A stretch of DNA of 64,000 nt from Bugula neritina (taxonomy: Eukaryota; Animalia; Bryozoa). The notes beneath the pieces are model-generated. The model was not told the DNA's origin and made no database searches. It worked only from the letters and a program-made list of their open reading frames with translations. Shown one piece after another: positions 21,455-35,000 of the stretch. The position numbers were made by a program, and so were the translations under genes. The DNA is taken from the NCBI GenBank assembly GCA_964035545.1, contig OZ037766.1, forward strand, positions 14,622,722 through 14,686,721, in the 5' to 3' direction. Within the stretch, counting starts at the first letter, position 1; each line of letters opens with the position of its first letter.

Positions 21455-21538
21455 TTGTAAGTATCAAGTATTATAATATAATACTTGATACTTACAAAGT
21501 TCAAGACTAAAGATAATATTATTATCTTTAGTTTTGAA
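21455..21538. repeat. Two adjacent AT-rich palindromes (21-bp and 19-bp arms, 1-nt spacers)
   Basis: TTGTAAGTATCAAGTATTATA-A-TATAATACTTGATACTTACAA (perfect), then TTCAAGACTAAAGATAATA-T-TATTATCTTTAGTTTTGAA (1 mismatch). Confidence 0.92.
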
Positions 21539-21615
21539 TTTTATTAACTAAATGTTTTGTCAGCTTTGTAATTAATGTTAAGTTAACAATATGTTTGTAA
21601 TTTTCATGGTTATAG

Positions 21616-22742
21616 TGTTGTGTTTTAGCACAATTACTAAGCGTGGATTGCCTGCGTATTTAATGTCAATTTAACTAGCAATTACTAGAATGGCTGGCGT
21701 ACAATAACCTTTATTTAACTCGATAAACATAATCATAACACCACATCAAAATACTATATAACATCAGTCAATTACTACCACATGTTACTACTACGAGTCC
21801 TAGCTCACAACAACACATGGTTTCTGCTGGCTAACCCGCGAACAGTCACTTGACAGGAAGCTCGCCTTCCGGTCCCTCTGATTGGATAGTAGAACGTAGT
21901 TATAAGTATTCCCATACGGAGAGGGGACGACCCCATTATTATACTACGTAGTCCCATTACACCGCCCCCACCAGCAGAAAGCCCCACTTTCTGATAAAAC
22001 AAAATAGTATAATAATGCAAAAATGACATAAGTAAGGAAAATCCACAAAGAAAAAAAAGAGAAATACCAAATGTACGACATATATAAGTAAGATGAAACG
22101 GATGGCCAACACACAGCTGGCCAGTTACAGAGAGAGAGATCTGGATCGTCACACAGATCGATCGTTAGCAGATCAAGCATTTACACGATCACAATGTAGT
22201 AACCCGAGGACATGTGGGGTGAAATTGTCAACTTTCAACTCCTAGTTTTGCAGGGACTGGATCCGGTGTCGTGCTTGCCGTGCACGTAGTCTACGCTTAA
22301 GGCGTCCTACTGAGCCCTTCAGTTCACTAAGGCCCAATGTAGTGCTGAGTAAGTCGGGGGCCAATTGGGTAAATTCATCCTGTAGTCGTAGGAGTCTTTC
22401 CTCGACGGTTGCTAGTCGGTTAGGTCTGGTCGGAGTTGGGGTCGCTTCTTCTGGGGCGTCTGACGCTTCCATGGGAGTGTGGTCTGGCCCGGGTATATTA
22501 GCAGCAACAGTCTTCACCATGAGGGACTTCTGGCGGGCGGCTGTTAGCAGTGTATAAAACCCGGAGAATAATGCGGCCCAGGTCAAAGCCTTCTTAACCA
22601 CTGGCCTAATGGCTTCTAGATACTGGTCGTAATTGTCCGCGTCCAATACATAGCCTTCGCCTGCAAAGCAGTCCATCATATGTGCCAAGACGGGGTATGG
22701 ATATACGTCGTGGTCATTATTATACTACGTAATCCCATTACA
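21616..22742 (-). mobile_element. Internally deleted Gypsy-family element (3' LTR + PPT + accessory ORF + first ~28 bp of 5' LTR), TSD ATAG
   Basis: CATTATTATACTACGTA(G/A)TCCCATTACA ends at both 21961 and 22742. ATAG at 21612-21615 and 22743-22746. The PPT region CCGCCCCCACCAGCAG...ACTTTCTG resembles 8885-8915. Confidence 0.8.
22242..22688 (-). CDS. Gypsy accessory ORF (5'-truncated), coiled-coil C-terminus
   Basis: 148-codon open frame located just upstream of the PPT; aligns with the tail of the 9179-10259 ORF. Confidence 0.55.
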   Translation of the reverse strand: MAHMMDCFAGEGYVLDADNYDQYLEAIRPVVKKALTWAALFSGFYTLLTAARQKSLMVKTVAANIPGPDHTPMEASDAPEEATPTPTRPNRLATVEERLLRLQDEFTQLAPDLLSTTLGLSELKGSVGRLKRRLRARQARHRIQSLQN

Positions 22743-22751
22743 ATAGGTTAC

Positions 22752-22851
22752 AGTATGAGTACAAGTACAAGTATGAGTATGAGTACAAGTAAAGTACGAG
22801 TATGAGTATGAGTACAAGTAAAGTACGAGTATGAGTATGAGTCTAAGTATG
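22752..22851. repeat. Degenerate (AGTATG/AGTACA)n hexamer microsatellite
   Basis: Directly visible. Confidence 0.9.
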
Positions 22852-23044
22852 AATGAAGTCTAACTTAGATAATATACTGTCGGCAATAGACAAAAATAGA
22901 GTTAGGGCCTGCATCTGTGTCATCCATTCATTCACCCTTCATTAAGTGAATCAGAATAGATAAGCATCCGTGCCAAACAGAATCCGTGCTGACGCAGCAA
23001 CAATTATCAGCTGATACAGTAACCATTATCGGCTGTCACACTGA

Positions 23045-26000
23045 AGGAAGAAAGTTAGTTGTACTCACTTCTCTCATAGAAGTGCCAATTGCAATAGCTT
23101 CTGGGAGAATTAGAGATTGTACCAGGGGGATTAGTAATTCCCCTAGCTATAAGGTCAAAATGTCTTGGGAGGGATGCCAATTATCATCTCCCCTAGGAGA
23201 AATGCTGATTGCAATCTCCCCTAGAAAAAATGCCAATTTGCAAAAACAATTAGAGTATAATGTTAAACAATAATTTTAATAGGCTTTTAAGAATACTGTA
23301 ACAGCAGCTTTTTGGTTTAATGATTAAAATGAAAGCTGTTCTGTGAAACAATTTTTGTGAAATGGGTTTGGCAATAGATTGGTGACTAAAAAAATATTTT
23401 TCTATGGCATGAGTCAAAGCAGCTAAAGAAGTGAATGAAGCAAGTTAGTTGTACTCACTTCATTCATAGAAAAGCCAATTGCAATTGCTCCTAGGAGAAT
23501 TGGGAATCCTCCCTAGGAGAAATGCTAATTGCAATCTTGCCTAGGAGAAATGCCAATTTGCAAAAACAAATAGAATATAATGTAAAACAATAATTTTAAT
23601 AGCTTTTATGAATACTGTGACAGAAGCTTTTTGGTTTAATGATTAAAATGAAAACTTTTCTGTAAAACAATTTTTGTGAGATGGGTTTGGCAATAGATTG
23701 GTGACTAAATTAACTATTTTTCTATGGCATGAGTCAAAGCAGCTAAAGAAGTGAATGAAGCAAGTAAGTTGTACTCACTTCATTCATAGAAAAGCCAATT
23801 GCAATTGCTCCTAGGAGAATTGGGAATTGTACCCTAGGAGAAATGCTGATTGCAATCTTCCTTAGGAGAAATGCCAATTTGCAAAAACAGTTAGAGTATA
23901 AAGTTAAACAATAATTTTAATAGCTTTTATGAATACTGTGACAGCAGCTTTTTTGTTTAATGATTAAAATGAAAACTTTTCTGTGAAACATGTTTTGTGA
24001 AATGGGTTTGGCAATAGATTGGTGACTAAATTAACTATTTTTCTATGGTATGAGTCAAAGCAGCCAAAGAAGTGAATGAAGCAAGTAAGTTGTACTCACT
24101 TCATTCAGAGAAAAGCCAATTGCAATTGCTCCTAGGAGAATTGGGAATTGTACTAGGGGGATTCACAATCTCCCTAGCAATAAGGTCAAAAGGTCTTAGG
24201 AGAGATGCCAATTGGCATCTCCCCTAGGAGAAATGCTGATTGCAATCCTCCCTAGGAGAAATGCCAATTTGCAAAAATAGTTAGAGTATAATGTTAAACA
24301 ATTATTTTAATAGCTTTTATGAATACTGTGACAGCAGCTTTTTGGTTTAATGATTAAAATGAAAACTTTTCTGTAAAACATTTTTTGTGAAATGGGTTTG
24401 GCAATAGATTGGTGACTATATTAACTATTTTTCTATGGCATGAGTCAAAGCAGCTAAAAAAGTGAATGAAGCAAGTTAGTTGTACCCACTTCATTCATAG
24501 AAAAGCCAATTGCAATTGCTCCTAGGAGAATTGGGAATTGTACCCTAGGAGAAAGTCTAATTGCAATCTTCCCTAGGAGAAATGCCAAATTGCAAAAACA
24601 GTTAGAGTATAATGTTAAACAATAATTTTAATAGCTTTTATGAATACTGTGACAGCAGCTTTTTGGTTTAATGATTAAAATGAAAACTTTTCTGTAAAAC
24701 AATTTTTTGTGAAATGGGTTTGGCAATAGATTGGTGACTAAATTAACTATTTTTCTATGGCATGAGTCAAAGCAGCTAAAGAAGTGAATGAAGCAAGTTA
24801 GTTGTACTCACTTCATTCATAGAAAAGCCAATTGCAATTGCTCCTAGGAGAATTGGGAATTGTACGCTAGGAGAAATGCTGATTGCAATCTTCCCTAGGA
24901 GAAATGCCAATTTGCAAAAACAGTTAGAGTATAATGTTAAACAATAATTTTAATAGCTTTTATGAATACTGTGACAGCAGCTTTTTTGTTTAATGATTAA
25001 AATGAAAACTTTTCTGTAAAACATGTTTTGTGAAATGGGTTTGGCAATAGATTGGTGACTAAATTAACTATTTTCCTATGGCATGAGTCAAAGCAGCTAA
25101 AGAAGTGAATGAAGCAAGTAAGTTGTACTCACTTCATTCAGAGAAAAGCCAATCGCAATTGCTCCTAGGAGAATTGGGAATTGCACTATTGGGATTCGCA
25201 ATCTCCCTAGCAATAAGGTCAAAAGGCCTTAGGAGAGATGCCAATTGGCATCTCCCCTAGGAGAAATGCTGATTGCAATCCTCCCTAGGAGAAATGCCAA
25301 TTTGCAAAAACAGTTAGAGTATAATGTTAAACAATAATTTTAATAGCTTTTATGAATACTGTGGCAGCAGCTTTTTGGTTTAATGATTAAAATGAAAACT
25401 TTTCTGTAAAACATTTTTTGTGAAATAGGTTTGGCAATAGATTGGAGACTAAATTAACTATTTTTCTATGGCATGAGTCAAAGCAACTAAAGAAGTGAAT
25501 GAAGCAAGTTAGTTGTACTCACTTCATTCATAGAAAAGCCAATTGCAATTGCTCCTAGGAGAATTGGGAATTGTACCCTAGGAGAAATGCTGATTGCAAT
25601 CTTCCTTAGGAGAAATGCCAATTTGCAAAAACAGTTAGAGTATAAAGTTAAACAATAATTTTAATAGCTTTTATGAATACTGTGACAGCAGCTTTTTTGT
25701 TTAATGATTAAAATGAAAACTTTTCTGTGAAACATGTTTTGTGAAATGGGCTTGGCAATAGATTGGTGACTAAATTAACTATTTTTCTATGGCATGAGTC
25801 AAAGCAGCCAAAGAAGTGAATGAAGCAAGTAAGTTGTACTCACTTCATTCAGAGAAAAGCCAATTGCAATTGCTCCTAGGAGAATTGGGAATTGTACCCT
25901 AGGAGAAATGCTGATTGCAATCTTCCTTAGGAGAAATGCCAATTTGCAAAAACAGTTAGAGTATAATGTTAAACAATAATTTTAATAGCTTTTATGAATA

Positions 26001-29000
26001 CTGTGACAGCAGCTTTTTTGTTTAATGATTAAAATGAAAACTTTTCTGTGAAACATGTTTTGTGAAATGGGTTTGGCAATAGATTGGTGACTAAATTAAC
26101 TATTTTTCTATGGCATGAGTCAAAGCAGCTAAAGAAGTGAATGAAGCAAGTAAGTTGTACTCACTTCATTCAGAGAAAAGCCAATCGCAATTGCTCCTAG
26201 GAGAATTGGGAATTGCACTATTGGGATTCGCAATCTCCCTAGCAATAAGGTCAAAAGGCCTTAGGAGAGATGCCAATTGGCATCTCCCCTAGGAGAAATG
26301 CTGATTGCAATCCTCCCTAGGAGAAATGCCAATTTGCAAAAACAATTAGAGTATAATGTTAAACAATAATTTTAATAGCTTTTATGAATACTGTGGCAGC
26401 AGCTTTTTGGTTTAATGATTAAAATGAAAACTTTTCTGTAAAACATTTTTTGTGAAATAGGTTTGGCAATAGATTGGAGACTAAATTAACTATTTTTCTA
26501 TGGCATGAGTCAAAGCAACTAAAGAAGTGAATGAAGCAAGTTAGTTGTACTCACTTCATTCATAGAAAAGCCAATTGCAATTGCTCCTAGGAGAATTGGG
26601 AATTGTACCCTAGGAGAAATGCTGATTGCAATCTTCCTTAGGAGAAATGCCAATTTGCAAAAACAGTTAGAGTATAAAGTTAAACAATAATTTTAATAGC
26701 TTTTATGAATACTGTGACAGCAGCTTTTTTGTTTAATGATTAAAATGAAAACTTTTCTGTGAAACATGTTTTGTGAAATGGGTTTGGCAATAGATTGGTG
26801 ACTAAATTAACTATTTTTCTATGGCATGAGTCAAAGCAGCCAAAGAAGTGAATGAAGCAAGTAAGTTGTACTCACTTCATTCAGAGAAAAGCCAATTGCA
26901 ATTGCTCCTAGGAGAATTGGGAATTGTACTAGGGGGATTCACAATCTCCCTAGCAATAAGGTCAAAAGGTCTTAGGAGAGATGCCAATTGGCATCTCCCC
27001 TAGGAGGAATGCTGATTGCAATCCTCCCTAGGAGAAATGCCAATTTGCAAAAATAGTTAGAGTATAATGTTAAACAATTATTTTAATAGCTTTTATGAAT
27101 ACTGTGACAGCAGCTTTTTGGTTTAATGATTAAAATGAAAACTTTTCTGTAAAACATTTTTTGTGAAATGGGTTTGGCAATAGATTGGTGACTATATTAA
27201 CTATTTTTCTATGGCATGAGTCAAAGCAGCTAAAAAAGTGAATGAAGCAAGTTAGTTGTACCCACTTCATTCATAGAAAAGCCAATTGCAATTGCTCCTA
27301 GGAGAATTGGGAATTGTACCCTAGGAGAAAGTCTAATTGCAATCTTCCCTAGGAGAAATGCCAAATTGCAAAAACAGTTAGAGTATAATGTTAAACAATA
27401 ATTTTAATAGCTTTTATGAATACTGTGACAGCAGCTTTTTGGTTTAATGATTAAAATGAAAACTTTTCTGTAAAACATTTTTTGTGAAATAGGTTTGGCA
27501 ATAGATTGGAGACTAAATTAACTATTTTTCTATGGCATGAGTCAAAGCAGCTAAAGAAGTGAATGAAGCAAGTTAGTTGTACTCACTTCATTCATAGAAA
27601 AGCCAATTGCAATTGCTCCTAGGAGAATTGGGAATTGTACCCTAGGAGAAATGCTGATTGCAATCTTCCTTAGGAGAAATGCCAATTTGCAAAAACAGTT
27701 AGAGTATAATGTTAAACAATAATTTTAATAGCTTTTATGAATACTGTGACAGCAGCTTTTTTGTTTAATGATTAAAATGAAAACTTTTCTGTGAAACATG
27801 TTTTGTGAAATGGGTTTGGCAATAGATTGGTGACTAAATTAACTATTTTTCTATGGCATGAGTCAAAGCAGCTAAAGAAGTGAATGAAGCAAGTAAGTTG
27901 TACTCACTTCATTCAGAGAAAAGCCAATCGCAATTGCTCCTAGGAGAATTGGGAATTGCACTATTGGGATTCGCAATCTCCCTAGCAATAAGGTCAAAAG
28001 GCCTTAGGAGAGATGCCAATTGGCATCTCCCCTAGGAGAAATGCTGATTGCAATCCTCCCTAGGAGAAATGCCAATTTGCAAAAACAATTAGAGTATAAT
28101 GTTAAACAATAATTTTAATAGCTTTTATGAATACTGTGGCAGCAGCTTTTTGGTTTAATGATTAAAATGAAAACTTTTCTGTAAAACATTTTTTGTGAAA
28201 TAGGTTTGGCAATAGATTGGAGACTAAATTAACTATTTTTCTATGGCATGAGTCAAAGCAACTAAAGAAGTGAATGAAGCAAGTTAGTTGTACTCACTTC
28301 ATTCATAGAAAAGCCAATTGCAATTGCTCCTAGGAGAATTGGGAATTGTACCCTAGGAGAAATGCTGATTGCAATCTTCCTTAGGAGAAATGCCAATTTG
28401 CAAAAACAGTTAGAGTATAAAGTTAAACAATAATTTTAATAGCTTTTATGAATACTGTGACAGCAGCTTTTTTGTTTAATGATTAAAATGAAAACTTTTC
28501 TGTGAAACATGTTTTGTGAAATGGGTTTGGCAATAGATTGGTGACTAAATTAACTATTTTTCTATGGCATGAGTCAAAGCAGCCAAAGAAGTGAATGAAG
28601 CAAGTAAGTTGTACTCACTTCATTCAGAGAAAAGCCAATTGCAATTGCTCCTAGGAGAATTGGGAATTGTACTAGGGGGATTCACAATCTCCCTAGCAAT
28701 AAGGTCAAAAGGTCTTAGGAGAGATGCCAATTGGCATCTCCCCTAGGAGGAATGCTGATTGCAATCCTCCCTAGGAGAAATGCCAATTTGCAAAAATAGT
28801 TAGAGTATAATGTTAAACAATTATTTTAATAGCTTTTATGAATACTGTGACAGCAGCTTTTTGGTTTAATGATTAAAATGAAAACTTTTCTGTAAAACAT
28901 TTTTTGTGAAATGGGTTTGGCAATAGATTGGTGACTATATTAACTATTTTTCTATGGCATGAGTCAAAGCAGCTAAAAAAGTGAATGAAGCAAGTTAGTT

Positions 29001-32000
29001 GTACCCACTTCATTCATAGAAAAGCCAATTGCAATTGCTCCTAGGAGAATTGGGAATTGTACCCTAGGAGAAAGTCTAATTGCAATCTTCCCTAGGAGAA
29101 ATGCCAAATTGCAAAAACAGTTAGAGTATAATGTTAAACAATAATTTTAATAGCTTTTATGAATACTGTGACAGCAGCTTTTTGGTTTAATGATTAAAAT
29201 GAAAACTTTTCTGTAAAACATTTTTTGTGAAATAGGTTTGGCAATAGATTGGAGACTAAATTAACTATTTTTCTATGGCATGAGTCAAAGCAGCTAAAGA
29301 AGTGAATGAAGCAAGTTAGTTGTACTCACTTCATTCATAGAAAAGCCAATTGCAATTGCTCCTAGGAGAATTGGGAATTGTACCCTAGGAGAAATGCTGA
29401 TTGCAATCTTCCTTAGGAGAAATGCCAATTTGCAAAAACAGTTAGAGTATAATGTTAAACAATAATTTTAATAGCTTTTATGAATACTGTGACAGCAGCT
29501 TTTTTGTTTAATGATTAAAATGAAAACTTTTCTGTGAAACATGTTTTGTGAAATGGGTTTGGCAATAGATTGGTGACTAAATTAACTATTTTTCTATGGC
29601 ATGAGTCAAAGCAGCTAAAGGAGTGAATGAAGCAAGTAAGTTGTACTCACTTCATTCAGAGAAAAGCCAATCGCAATTGCTCCTAGGAGAATTGGGAATT
29701 GCACTATTGGGATTCGCAATCTCCCTAGCAATAAGGTCAAAAGGCCTTAGGAGAGATGCCAATTGGCATCTCCCCTAGGAGAAATGCTGATTGCAATCCT
29801 CCCTAGGAGAAATGCCAATTTGCAAAAACAATTAGAGTATAATGTTAAACAATAATTTTAATAGCTTTTATGAATACTGTGGCAGCAGCTTTTTGGTTTA
29901 ATGATTAAAATGAAAACTTTTCTGTAAAACATTTTTTGTGAAATAGGTTTGGCAATAGATTGGAGACTAAATTAACTATTTTTCTATGGCATGAGTCAAA
30001 GCAACTAAAGAAGTGAATGAAGCAAGTTAGTTGTACTCACTTCATTCATAGAAAAGCCAATTGCAATTGCTCCTAGGAGAATTGGGAATTGTACCCTAGG
30101 AGAAATGCTGATTGCAATCTTCCTTAGGAGAAATGCCAATTTGCAAAAACAGTTAGAGTATAATGTTAAACAATAATTTTAATAGCTTTTATGAATACTG
30201 TGACAGCAGCTTTTTTGTTTAATGATTAAAATGAAAACTTTTCTGTGAAACATGTTTTGTGAAATGGGTTTGGCAATAGATTGGTGACTAAATTAACTAT
30301 TTTTCTATGGCATGAGTCAAAGCAGCCAAAGAAGTGAATGAAGCAAGTAAGTTGTACTCACTTCATTCAGAGAAAAGCCAATTGCAATTGCTCCTAGGAG
30401 AATTGGGAATTGTACTAGGGGGATTCACAATCTCCCTAGCAATAAGGTCAAAAGGTCTTAGGAGAGATGCCAATTGGCATCTCCCCTAGGAGGAATGCTG
30501 ATTGCAATCCTCCCTAGCAGAAATGCCAATTTGCAAAAATAGTTAGAGTATAATGTTAAACAATTATTTTAATAGCTTTTATGAATACTGTGACAGCAGC
30601 TTTTTGGTTTAATGATTAAAATGAAAACTTTTCTGTAAAACATTTTTTGTGAAATGGGTTTGGCAATAGATTGGTGACTATATTAACTATTTTTCTATGG
30701 CATGAGTCAAAGCAGCTAAAAAAGTGAATGAAGCAAGTTAGTTGTACCCACTTCATTCATAGAAAAGCCAATTGCAATTGCTCCTAGGAGAATTGGGAAT
30801 TGTACCCTAGGAGAAAGTCTAATTGCAATCTTCCCTAGGAGAAATGCCAAATTGCAAAAACAGTTAGAGTATAATGTTAAACAATAATTTTAATAGCTTT
30901 TATGAATACTGTGACAGCAGCTTTTTGGTTTAATGATTAAAATGAAATCTTTTCTGTAAAACAATTTTTTTGTGAAATGGGTTTGGCAATAGATTGGTGA
31001 CTAAATTAACTATTTTTCTATGGCATGAGTCAAAGCAGCTAAAGAAGTGAATGAAGCAAGTTAGTTGTACTCACTTCATTCATAGAAAAGCCAATTGCAA
31101 TTGCTCCTAGGAGAATTGGGAATTGTACCCTAGGAGAAATGCTGATTGCAATCTTCCTTAGGAGAAATGCCAATTTGCAAAAACAGTTAGAGTATAATGT
31201 TAAACAATAATTTTAATAGCTTTTATGAATACTGTGGCAGCAGCTTTTTGGTTTAATGATTAAAATGAAAACTTTTCTGTAAAACATTTTTTGTTAAATA
31301 GGTTTGGCAATAGATTGGAGACTAAATTAACTATTTTTCTATGGCATGAGTCAAAGCAACTAAAGAAGTGAATGAAGCAAGTTAGTTGTACTCACTTCAT
31401 TCATAGAAAAGCCAATTGCAATTGCTCCTAGGAGAATTGGGAATTGTACCCTAGGAGAAATGCTGATTGCAATCTTCCTTAGGAGAAATGCCAATTTGCA
31501 AAAACAGTTAGAGTATAAAGTTAAACAATAATTTTAATAGCTTTTATGAATACTGTGACAGCAGCTTTTTTGTTTAATGATTAAAATGAAAACTTTTCTG
31601 TGAAACATGTTTTGTGAAATGGGTTTGGCAATAGATTGGTGACTAAATTAACTATTTTTCTATGGCATGAGTCAAAGCAGCCAAAGAAGTGAATGAAGCA
31701 AGTAAGTTGTACTCACTTCATTCAGAGAAAAGCCAATTGCAATTGCTCCTAGGAGAATTGGGAATTGTACCCTAGGAGAAATGCTGATTGCAATCTTCCT
31801 TAGGAGAAATGCCAATTTGCAAAAACAGTTAGAGTATAAAGTTAAACAATAATTTTAATAGCTTTTATGAATACTGTGACAGCAGCTTTTTTGTTTAATG
31901 ATTAAAATGAAAACTTTTCTGTGAAACATGTTTTGTGAAATGGGTTTGGCAATAGATTGGTGACTAAATTAACTATTTTTCTATGGTATGAGTCAAAGCA

Positions 32001-35000
32001 GCCAAAGAAGTGAATGAAGCAAGTAAGTTGTACTCACTTCATTCAGAGAAAAGCCAATTGCAATTGCTCCTAGGAGAATTGGGAATTGTACTAGGGGGAT
32101 TCACAATCTCCCTAGCAATAAGGTCAAAAGGTCTTAGGAGAGATGCCAATTGGCATCTCCCCTAGGAGAAATGCTGATTGCAATCCTCCCTAGGAGAAAT
32201 GCCAATTTGCAAAAATAGTTAGAGTATAATGTTAAACAATTATTTTAATAGCTTTTATGAATACTGTGACAGCAGCTTTTTGGTTTAATGATTAAAATGA
32301 AAACTTTTCTGTAAAACATTTTTTGTGAAATGGGTTTGGCAATAGATTGGTGACTATATTAACTATTTTTCTATGGCATGAGTCAAAGCAGCTAAAAAAG
32401 TGAATGAAGCGAGTTAGTTGTACCCACTTCATTCATAGAAAAGCCAATTGCAATTGCTCCTAGGAGAATTGGGAATTGTACCCTAGGAGAAAGTCTAATT
32501 GCAATCTTCCCTAGGAGAAATGCCAAATTGCAAAAACAGTTAGAGTATAATGTTAAACAATAATTTTAATAGCTTTTATGAATACTGTGACAGCAGCTTT
32601 TTGGTTTAATGATTAAAATGAAAACTTTTCTGTAAAACAATTTTTTGTGAAATGGGTTTGGCAATAGATTGGTGACTAAATTAACTATTTTTCTATGGCA
32701 TGAGTCAAAGCAGCTAAAGAAGTGAATGAAGCAAGTTAGTTGTACTCACTTCATTCATAGAAAAGCCAATTGCAATTGCTCCTAGGAGAATTGGGAATTG
32801 TACGCTAGGAGAAATGCTGATTGCAATCTTCCCTAGGAGAAATGCCAATTTGCAAAAACAGTTAGAGTATAATGTTAAACAATAATTTTAATAGCTTTTA
32901 TGAATACTGTGACAGCAGCTTTTTTGTTTAATGATTAAAATGAAAACTTTTCTGTAAAACATGTTTTGTGAAATGGGTTTGGCAATAGATTGGTGACTAA
33001 ATTAACTATTTTCCTATGGCATGAGTCAAAGCAGCTAAAGAAGTGAATGAAGCAAGTAAGTTGTACTCACTTCATTCAGAGAAAAGCCAATCGCAATTGC
33101 TCCTAGGAGAATTGGGAATTGCACTATTGGGATTCGCAATCTCCCTAGCAATAAGGTCAAAAGGCCTTAGGAGAGATGCCAATTGGCATCTCCCCTAGGA
33201 GAAATGCTGATTGCAATCCTCCCTAGGAGAAATGCCAATTTGCAAAAACAGTTAGAGTATAATGTTAAACAATAATTTTAATAGCTTTTATGAATACTGT
33301 GGCAGCAGCTTTTTGGTTTAATGATTAAAATGAAAACTTTTCTGTAAAACATTTTTTGTGAAATAGGTTTGGCAATAGATTGGAGACTAAATTAACTATT
33401 TTTCTATGGCATGAGTCAAAGCAACTAAAGAAGTGAATGAAGCAAGTTAGTTGTACTCACTTCATTCATAGAAAAGCCAATTGCAATTGCTCCTAGGAGA
33501 ATTGGGAATTGTACCCTAGGAGAAATGCTGATTGCAATCTTCCTTAGGAGAAATGCCAATTTGCAAAAACAGTTAGAGTATAAAGTTAAACAATAATTTT
33601 AATAGCTTTTATGAATACTGTGACAGCAGCTTTTTTGTTTAATGATTAAAATGAAAACTTTTCTGTGAAACATGTTTTGTGAAATGGGTTTGGCAATAGA
33701 TTGGTGACTAAATTAACTATTTTTCTATGGCATGAGTCAAAGCAGCCAAAGAAGTGAATGAAGCAAGTAAGTTGTACTCACTTCATTCAGAGAAAAGCCA
33801 ATTGCAATTGCTCCTAGGAGAATTGGGAATTGTACTAGGGGGATTCACAATCTCCCTAGCAATAAGGTCAAAAGGTCTTAGGAGAGATGCCAATTGGCAT
33901 CTCCCCTAGGAGGAATGCTGATTGCAGTCCTCCCTAGGAGAAATGCCAATTTGCAAAAATAGTTAGAGTATAATGTTAAACAATTATTTTAATAGCTTTT
34001 ATGAATACTGTGACAGCAGCTTTTTGGTTTAATGATTAAAATGAAAACTTTTCTGTAAAACATTTTTTGTGAAATGGGTTTGGCAATAGATTGGTGACTA
34101 TATTAACTATTTTTCTATGGCATGAGTCAAAGCAGCTAAAAAAGTGAATGAAGCAAGTTAGTTGTACCCACTTCATTCATAGAAAAGCCAATTGCAATTG
34201 CTCCTAGGAGAATTGGGAATTGTACCCTAGGAGAAAGTCTAATTGCAATCTTCCCTAGGAGAAATGCCAAATTGCAAAAACAGTTAGAGTATAATGTTAA
34301 ACAATAATTTTAATAGCTTTTATGAATACTGTGACAGCAGCTTTTTGGTTTAATGATTAAAATGAAAACTTTTCTGTAAAACATTTTTTGTGAAATAGGT
34401 TTGGCAATAGATTGGAGACTAAATTAACTATTTTTCTATGGCATGAGTCAAAGCAGCTAAAGAAGTGAATGAAGCAAGTTAGTTGTACTCACTTCATTCA
34501 TAGAAAAGCCAATTGCAATTGCTCCTAGGAGAATTGGGAATTGTACCCTAGGAGAAATGCTGATTGCAATCTTCCTTAGGAGAAATGCCAATTTGCAAAA
34601 ACAGTTAGAGTATAATGTTAAACAATAATTTTAATAGCTTTTATGAATACTGTGACAGCAGCTTTTTTGTTTAATGATTAAAATGAAAACTTTTCTGTGA
34701 AATATGTTTTGTGAAATGGGTTTGGCAATAGATTGGTGACTAAATTAACTATTTTTCTATGGCATGAGTCAAAGCAGCTAAAGAAGTGAATGAAGCAAGT
34801 AAGTTGTACTCACTTCATTCAGAGAAAAGCCAATCGCAATTGCTCCTAGGAGAATTGGGAATTGCACTATTGGGATTCGCAATCTCCCTAGCAATAAGGT
34901 CAAAAGGCCTTAGGAGAGATGCCAAGTGGCATCTCCCCTAGGAGAAATGCTGATTGCAATCCTCCCTAGGAGAAATGCCAATTTGCAAAAACAGTTAGAG

